A stretch of 32,000 nt of DNA from Acaryochloris marina S15 (GTDB lineage: Bacteria > Cyanobacteriota > Cyanobacteriia > Thermosynechococcales > Thermosynechococcaceae): positions 2,550,001 to 2,582,000 of the forward strand of contig NZ_CP064923.1 in NCBI RefSeq assembly GCF_018336915.1, given 5' to 3'. The notes under the pieces were generated by a model. The model ran no database searches and was not told the origin of the DNA. It saw only the letters and a program-made list of their open reading frames with translations. Made by a program: the position numbers and the translations under genes. Of the stretch, positions 26,653-32,000 are shown piece after piece; the first letter of the stretch is position 1, and the number at the start of each line of letters is the position of its first letter.

Positions 26653-27394
26653 TCCCGTTCTTACGTCCTTTACGGAAGTCTGTATGACGGGCATGATGTT
26701 TACGTAAAACCCCATCGGCTCCTTGTTGTTGAATCAGGGCTAGATCAACATAGCTGCCATAGGCTTGATCTGCTATGGCCACATCATCAACCTCCAGATC
26801 CTCATAAAGCAGCCGACTGATGACGATTTCACTCATGCTCCAGGGGGCAATGCAGGCTGAGACCACTGCCCCTGTGATTAAGCAAAAAAACACCACTAAA
26901 CGGGCAATGGGGAATCCACAGCCAGGAGCCTGATTGCCATGTTGAGGATACTCCCCTTGGTTCGCCACACTATCAGCCATCAGCACTGTCGTGCCGTCAT
27001 AGACTTTCACTGTTCGATTACACCAGTGGTGTTCTTGGGGAATGCTTTGCTCTATGTGATTAGCAGTTTCGGGAATTAACCGTTGCAGCAGGGACTCAGG
27101 TAATCTTCCTCGGGCTTTACTGTAGGCTCCTGTATCTGATGATGGGGGTTGGAGTCCTGCGGCAGTGAGCCAGGTGGTGATGCATTTGACTGTGTTGCGC
27201 AAGCTTTTGTCTGCAGATAATGCTTGGTAGAGCATGGCCCACAACGTAACGATGGGCGTATACACACGGTTGCGATAGGAGATTGATTCCTCTGCTAGGA
27301 TGTCGGTCAGCATTGAAGCAGGAAGAATATCCGTCCAGGGCAATCCCAGGCTTTGGGAAAACTGATGCTTGAGAATTTCGGCTGACTGAGACAT
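26653..27394 (-). pseudogene. IS4-family transposase, C-terminally truncated by ISKra4-like copy B
   Basis: From ATG 27394 the sequence reads 'MSQSAEILKHQF...ISYRNRVYTPIVTLWAMLYQALSADKSLRNTV', an IS4 N-terminal-domain-like pattern. The first-D region is 'VKVYDGTTVLMADSVAN' and the second-D region is 'VAIADQAYGSYVDLALIQQQGADGVLR'. Homology ends at 26653. The tail of track ORF 26552..27424 reads into the ISKra4-like IR. Confidence 0.75.
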
Positions 27395-27420
27395 AGTAGA
27401 AGGCAGATTATTGATGGATT

Positions 27421-27453
27421 GCAAGTCTTGATTCTATATCTATCAAGACTTGC
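27421..27453. repeat. perfect 12-bp stem / 9-nt loop hairpin in the IS4-family left end (transposase leader)
   Basis: GCAAGTCTTGAT (27421-27432), loop TCTATATCT, then ATCAAGACTTGC (27442-27453). It lies 27-59 nt upstream of the transposase ATG on the transposase strand. Confidence 0.7.
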
Positions 27454-27488
27454 AGCCCTTTTCTACTTTCTTAAGTCAGTGACATTGA

Positions 27489-28337
27489 ACTCAAGTTGGG
27501 GAACAACCTCAACAGAATGTCGCTGCTGCGGCTCAAGCCGAATCGAACGGCACCCAGCCCGAGATTAACTATCAGCCCTCTGAGAATGGCAGACAGGCCA
27601 ATGTCTTTGAGGCCGCAGTGGAAACGGCTGCTAATGTTGTGAATCCGATTCGTTCTGAATCCTCTCAAGAGGCAGAGGATTATGTATTGGGCTTAGTGGA
27701 CAAGCTAGCCGCTGGCAATATGAACGTGGATCGGCTGTATATCAAGATGGATGGCATTGATATCTTCAAAATGAAGAACGGTGCCCCAGATCCATCCACC
27801 TCGATTACAGACTCTCAACGAGACGCCTTACAGCAAGCCTTGGAAGACCCCGCAGCCTTTGGGGGGAATTTGGTGATTAAGCAAGGCAATAAAGTCTTGC
27901 TTAATATCAAAGACGGTCGGATATTGCATAACCCGATGGGTTTAGCCAAGCAATCTCTGAGTGCTGAAATGGAAACGAAGGGGCAAGTTCAACAGCAGTC
28001 TAATCAAGCGGCCAAGGTTGAGGTTCCGAATAATCCTGCTGAAGGTCTGTGGTCTAAGTATGGGGCGAATGTTTCACCTGGCTTGAAAGGAGTCAAGCTA
28101 GCGGCAGATAACGCCTTAAAGGATGGCCTTAAGCCCAAGGAAGTGCGGGCGATGGTGGGTCAGTCTGCTCACTTCCAAGGTCTGAAAGCAGACAAAGGGG
28201 AATCAGTGGCAGAGAAGGTCATTGCCCGCACCGTGAAGACCGCTCAGGCTAGAGTGGCCCAGCAACAGCGACCCCAGCAGAAAGCACAGCAAAAAGAGGA
28301 ACAGAAGCAGGCCGCAGTGATGGCACCTGGCCTCTAA
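27489..28337 (+). pseudogene. 5'-truncated ORF of unknown function (Q/A-rich), N-terminus apparently removed by the IS4-family insertion
   Basis: The track gives 27618..28337 from a GTG. The same frame is open back to 27489 ('TQVGEQPQQNVAAAAQAESNGTQPEINYQPSENGRQANVFEAA...') with no ATG, and it abuts the IS4 left-end region. The C-terminus is 'AQQQRPQQKAQQKEEQKQAAV'. Confidence 0.5.
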
Positions 28338-28353
28338 TTAAGTGCCATTGGCA

Positions 28354-28400
28354 AACCTTTCAACCTCTTGATCCGGCAGCGATTGAGAGGTTTCTTTTTG
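28354..28400 (+). terminator. candidate intrinsic terminator after the 27489..28337 ORF
   Basis: AAACCTTTCAA (28354-28364) pairs with TTGAGAGGTTT (28384-28394) with one mismatch, around a 19-nt loop, and is followed by CTTTTT (28395-28400). It starts 17 nt after the stop codon. Confidence 0.45.
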
Positions 28401-28518
28401 CAATAAAAAGTATTACTTGGAGGAGTCGTAGGAGCTTTGCCGTGAAGATGTTTGTACTTCACCCACAAAACTAAAACCGGACCTTAAGATCAAGATTGCC
28501 GTACATCATTAAAAAAAG

Positions 28519-28818
28519 ATGAAAGTAAGATGTATGGCAGTCAATGTACAAGCACCAATAGTATTAGGCGGTTTAACTTTAATGTCACCTCCCCTTCTCC
28601 GCCAACTCTGGCAAATGATTGAAGAGATTCCTCAGTACTCCCTAGAAAGACTGGATGATTCAGGTTTGGTGAGCTGGGTGCTGTCTCACCTAGAACAAAA
28701 TAAAAGTCTGAAAACAGACGAACGAGCAGCCGCTGAAAGCTATTTATATGATCACATGATGCTGATTCGTGATATTGCTGAATCACAACAACTTCATCAT
28801 GGTTCACTAGCAGGCTGA
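28519..28818 (+). CDS. hypothetical protein (99 aa)
   Basis: ORF with three closely spaced ATGs at its 5' end. No family recognised. The antisense ORF 28541..28807 is less protein-like. Confidence 0.4.
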   Translation: MKVRCMAVNVQAPIVLGGLTLMSPPLLRQLWQMIEEIPQYSLERLDDSGLVSWVLSHLEQNKSLKTDERAAAESYLYDHMMLIRDIAESQQLHHGSLAG

Positions 28819-28822
28819 TTCA

Positions 28823-28996
28823 CTAGAAATGGATAGGGTGAAAGAGCAAAGTACATAACACTCCATCTATGCAAAACCGCCAGCGAATAAAACCGTAGAG
28901 ACTCAAAAACAGCCCTGAAAAGATAACGAACAAGACTGCAAAGAACCAAGTCAGTCTAGATATTTGATGGATCAGAGCAGTTGTTTTGGTCATCAT
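28823..28996 (-). CDS. possible 57-aa membrane peptide; doubtful
   Basis: Not in the track. My translation is 'MMTKTTALIHQISRLTWFFAVLFVIFSGLFLSLYGFIRWRFCIDGVLCTLLFHPIHF', with one clear hydrophobic helix. It is convergent with the 99-aa ORF. Confidence 0.2.
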   Translation of the reverse strand: MMTKTTALIHQISRLTWFFAVLFVIFSGLFLSLYGFIRWRFCIDGVLCTLLFHPIHF

Positions 28997-29511
28997 TCAC
29001 ACGATATAGATTATTGCCTGGAGAGTGCTAGCAACAGAAGAGAGCGAAACTAGCTGTGTCTTTCTCAGACACAGCCTACTCAAGTGATTCGTTAAGGGAG
29101 AATTAGGTAACGAGTCGTAAATTAAGCACTAGCATTTATCTTAGAATTTATCTGCTTATTCCTAGCCTAAAAAGGGCACAAGAAAGTACTGGAAAACTAA
29201 AGCGTCAATTGTTATAAATAGGCCATCACAAGCCTAAATTGACGTAAGTAAAACAGGTAGATGCATAAAACTCTAATTATGAAAATAGTGTACAGCTAGT
29301 TCTTAACAAACTATAGATAAGTTAACCTTGATTTCACAATATGTTGAACTTCTTCTGACTATGAAGGCTACCTGGAAAAGATTTAACCCTTTCTGAACAA
29401 AATATTCACTGCAATTATCTGCTGGTTAGTCTGGGAACCCTAGGTGTCTAGAGTCTGACTTGCTATTTCTTATGAATACCCTTGAGTTTCAACCATTAGA
29501 GTTCGGCACTA

Positions 29512-29553
29512 CTCTCTTAAGGAGTGATAAGCCCGCGAAACTCCTTAAGAGAG
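29512..29553. repeat. 14-bp perfect stem / 14-nt loop hairpin in ORF-free AT-rich DNA
   Basis: CTCTCTTAAGGAGT (29512-29525) and ACTCCTTAAGAGAG (29540-29553). There is no following T-run on either strand, so its function is unknown. Confidence 0.5.
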
Positions 29554-29648
29554 CAGTGTTCTAGCTATTTTAAGCAAAAACTCCTAGAAGTCTTTCTAGA
29601 TTTAGGTTTGATATCCCTATCACGCCTTAACAAAACAGTGCCCTGAAG

Positions 29649-30492
29649 GGTTGTGTCGCAAAAAATGCTTCCAGTTACAAAACTCCTCAGATTTCTATCC
29701 GAGACTATGCAGCTAATCCGAAGATTTGATTGATAAAAGAGATCTGTCCTACCACATCATCTTTGCCCACATTTTTGATCTGACCTTTACGGATCATGTT
29801 CATCGCTTCATACCCTTTTAAGGTTCGTCTAGCCGAGTTAAACGATCCAAATCCCATACCAGGGTTCACGAGACTTTTAATGCCACGATGATCTTGCTCC
29901 ACTATATTATTGAGGTATTTTACCTGCCGTACTTTTACTCCTTCAGGGATACGTTCCTCTTCCTGTAACTGCTCAACAGCAGGAGGATATGCTGGATTCT
30001 TGTCCACATTGATCACCCGAGGTTCATGGGTATGAACGGCATTCAGTGCTTTAGTCAGAAAGCGCTTCGCAGCCTTAGCATCCCGCTTTGCTGTGAGTAA
30101 AAAGTCGAGGGTGTAGCCATCAGAGTCTACGGCTCGATATAGGTATCGCCACTTTTTACGGATTTTGATGTAAGTTTCATCAACTCTCCAAGAATCATTG
30201 GTAGGCTTGAGATGCCGACGACAGCGCTTGTCTAGCTCAGGAGAATATTTGAGAACCCACCGATTGATGGTGCTGTGATCCACCTCTAAGCCCCTCTCTA
30301 TCATCATCTCTTCTAAATTTCTATAGCTGAGGGGATAACGGCAATACCAACGAACATTGAGCAGGATGATCTCAGATTGGTAATGACGCCATTTGAACAG
30401 ATCAGTAGTTTTCATTGATGGGAGAGAAAAGGAACAGAGCCTCTCAATTTACCACTGTCTATCGGTCAACACTCTATTTTTGCGACACTACC
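29649..30492 (-). mobile_element. IS6-family insertion sequence, copy 2 (844 bp, complete, inverted relative to copy 1)
   Basis: It has the same IRs as copy 1 (GGTTGTGTCGCAAAAA at 29649-29664, and the complement of GGTAGTGTCGCAAAAA ending at 30492) and an identical transposase. Confidence 0.9.
29705..30415 (-). CDS. IS6-family DDE transposase
   Basis: 236 aa, identical to ORF 2603..3313. Confidence 0.95.
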   Translation of the reverse strand: MKTTDLFKWRHYQSEIILLNVRWYCRYPLSYRNLEEMMIERGLEVDHSTINRWVLKYSPELDKRCRRHLKPTNDSWRVDETYIKIRKKWRYLYRAVDSDGYTLDFLLTAKRDAKAAKRFLTKALNAVHTHEPRVINVDKNPAYPPAVEQLQEEERIPEGVKVRQVKYLNNIVEQDHRGIKSLVNPGMGFGSFNSARRTLKGYEAMNMIRKGQIKNVGKDDVVGQISFINQIFGLAA

Positions 30493-30894
30493 TGAAATAC
30501 TACCTCCTTGTGGAACACCTTCTGTTGTCTTCTGTACTCCCTTCCTTTCTGCCCATTTACTAAAGTCTATGACTCCAGCTTTTAGCCACGCCTTAATCTG
30601 GCGTTTAAAGATTGGAAAGGTATTTAGTTTTTCCAACAGCTTGGAATGGGATATTTTGTCAAAACATTTGCAAATGTCCGCATCTAAAACATACTTCGAT
30701 TTTTGTTTGATGCATGTTCGGATTGCTTCTATTGCGTCATGACAACTTCTACCTGGTCTAAAGCCATATGAGTTTGATGCAAAACGGGCTTCCCACTCTG
30801 GCTCTAGGGCCATTTTGATGAGCGTTTGTTTTGCTCTTTCCTTAATTGTCGGGATTCCGAGTCCTCGTTTTTCCTTTTTCCGGTCGTGCCTCAA
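30493..30894 (-). pseudogene. group II intron reverse transcriptase fragment (RT domains ~1-4 only)
   Basis: 'KRGLGIPTIKERAKQTLIKMALEPEWEARFASNSYGFRPGRSCHDAIEAI...KYVLDADICKCFDKISHSKLLEKL...GVPQGGSIS' parallels LtrA-type RT blocks (RPLGIPT, GFRPxRSCHxA, D-I-KGCFDNI, GTPQGG). It is cut after QGGSIS by the IS6 end (30492) and lacks the N-terminus, which lies next to the IS1-family element. No YADD, maturase or intron RNA domains are present. Confidence 0.8.
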
Positions 30895-30945
30895 GTAATT
30901 GTGGGTTGAGTATACTAGAGGCTCAGCTCAGCTTCTAACCTACCC

Positions 30946-31494
30946 ATGCAATGCCCACTATGCGGTCATTCCAAAGCACACAAGCATGGCAAGATGCCCA
31001 ACATGCTTCAACGATACCGTTGTCCTGAGTGCCAGCAGACCTTTACTGAACGCTTTGATACCCTTTACTATCGTCGTCAGGTGAGTCCAGAGCAGGTCCG
31101 ACAAGTTCTCCAAGCCCATGCAGAAGGGAGTAGTCTTCGAGGTATCACTCGGACCAGTGGCCTGGCTTACAACACTGTAGTCTCTCTAGTAAGAGCTGCT
31201 AGCCAACGATCTCAGCAACTCCATAATGGCCAAGTGCAAGCCGTTGAAACGGAGGATGTCAGTGCAGATGAAATGTGGTCCTTTGTGAAAAAAAGCAAAA
31301 ACACTGTCTTCCCCATGAGCTAGAGATGGGTGATTGTTGGATGGCGATTACCTTGGCAAACACAAGCGGCGTGATCCTCTCGTGTCGTGTGGGCAAGCAC
31401 ACCGATTCATTATTGAATGAACTGGTGACTAGCACTGAAGGTAAGACCGATTGCAAGGACTGGAATAGCGACGATTGGGGGGGGTACGAAAGAG
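30946..31494 (+). pseudogene. IS1-family transposase (InsA-InsB joined by an A7 -1 slippery site), truncated by IS6 copy 3
   Basis: The InsA-like part has the Zn finger 'CPLCGHSKAHKHG...YRCPECQQTF' and the HTH 'GSSLRGITRTSGLAYNTVVSLV'. At A7 (31288-31294) the -1 frame continues 'DEMWSFVKKKQKHC...WNSDDWGGYER', matching the IS1 DEMW and TDxWxxY landmarks. It ends at the IS6 IR (31495). The left end of the IS lies somewhere in about 30895-30945. Confidence 0.75.
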
Positions 31495-32000
31495 GGTTGT
31501 GTCGCAAAAAATGCTTCCAGTTACAAAACTCCTCAGATTTCTATCCGAGACTATGCAGCTAATCCGAAGATTTGATTGATAAAAGAGATCTGTCCTACCA
31601 CATCATCTTTGCCCACATTTTTGATCTGACCTTTACGGATCATGTTCATCGCTTCATACCCTTTTAAGGTTCGTCTAGCCGAGTTAAACGATCCAAATCC
31701 CATACCAGGGTTCACGAGACTTTTAATGCCACGATGATCTTGCTCCACTATATTATTGAGGTATTTTACCTGCCGTACTTTTACTCCTTCAGGGATACGT
31801 TCCTCTTCCTGTAACTGCTCAACAGCAGGAGGATATGCTGGATTCTTGTCCACATTGATCACCCGAGGTTCATGGGTATGAACGGCATTCAGTGCTTTAG
31901 TCAGAAAGCGCTTCGCAGCCTTAGCATCCCGCTTTGCTGTGAGTAAAAAGTCGAGGGTGTAGCCATCAGAGTCTACGGCTCGATATAGGTATCGCCACTT
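31495..32000 (-). mobile_element. IS6-family insertion sequence, copy 3 (partial; runs off the window)
   Basis: The IR GGTTGTGTCGCAAAAA starts at 31495, and by eye the sequence is colinear with copy 2 from 29649 onward, with the same 56-nt offset to the transposase stop. Confidence 0.9.
31551..32000 (-). CDS. IS6-family DDE transposase (C-terminal 149 codons visible; start beyond the window)
   Basis: The track ORF 31551..31862 begins at an internal Met. The frame stays open to 32000 and matches the copy 1/2 protein ('...YLYRAVDSDGYTLDFLLTAKRDAKAAKRF...'). Confidence 0.9.
   Translation of the reverse strand, partial: KWRYLYRAVDSDGYTLDFLLTAKRDAKAAKRFLTKALNAVHTHEPRVINVDKNPAYPPAVEQLQEEERIPEGVKVRQVKYLNNIVEQDHRGIKSLVNPGMGFGSFNSARRTLKGYEAMNMIRKGQIKNVGKDDVVGQISFINQIFGLAA

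Noticed and set aside
27471-27668. 65-aa minus-strand ORF
   Set aside because: It overlaps the better-supported + strand Q-rich ORF and the IS4 left-end region. Its sequence is not protein-like and no start context is apparent.
3370-29648. Test for a past inversion between the inverted IS6 copies, and likewise the ISKra4-like copies, using flanking sequences
   Set aside because: The expected reciprocal matches were absent: a copy-1 flank equal to the reverse complement of a copy-2 flank, or an interrupted gene continuing across the partner copy. Translating the left flank of ISKra4-like copy A in the orientation where an IS630 3' half would continue gave only stops. An inversion is possible but not demonstrated.
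1-32000. CRISPR arrays, tRNA/rRNA genes, retron or DGR-type RT systems, toxin-antitoxin pairs
   Set aside because: I saw no regularly spaced direct repeats, no tRNA-like T-arm/acceptor patterns and no rRNA-like segments. The only RT sequence is a truncated group II intron type. No small adjacent gene pair with recognisable TA motifs was found.

Overview
This window is an IS-saturated accessory region of a probable cyanobacterial replicon. The hints are an RpaB/Ycf27-like response regulator, a cyanobacterial-style LexA-like box at recA and a COX-like haem dioxygenase. The IS load around a recA copy is reminiscent of Acaryochloris, but I cannot test that guess here.

By my coordinates about 10 kb of the 32 kb is mobile-element DNA from seven IS families:
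- Three IS6-family copies (2526-3369 +, 29649-30492 -, 31495 to window end -). The two complete copies encode identical transposases.
- Two ISKra4-like copies (8024-9490 +, 25186-26652 -) whose transposases differ at one residue.
- An IS21-like istAB unit whose istA is split by a 212-bp MITE with perfect 15-bp TIRs and a target duplication.
- Truncated IS630-, IS4- and IS1-family elements, plus a group II intron RT remnant.

The IS6 and ISKra4-like pairs are inverted and nested. They bracket a minus-strand core (about 12.5-24.4 kb) carrying a hypothetical gene, an alpha/beta hydrolase, a DUF2797 protein, a cyclooxygenase-like haem dioxygenase with a substituted distal His, recA, an RNB-family exoribonuclease with a C-terminal dsRBD, and a 1267-aa polytopic membrane protein.

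The left arm (1-7.7 kb) is the most interesting part. It holds a DUF4157 (HExxH) polymorphic-toxin-like gene running off the window, an orphan OmpR-type regulator and a parA remnant cut by IS6. It also holds a co-directional cassette of membrane proteins centred on a NACHT (STAND) NTPase whose C-terminal arm is four glycine-zipper transmembrane modules. That cassette is my best candidate for an undescribed conflict/defence system.

I recognised no rRNA, tRNA or CRISPR array. All family assignments rest on motif recognition by eye and on remembered reference sequences; no searches were run.
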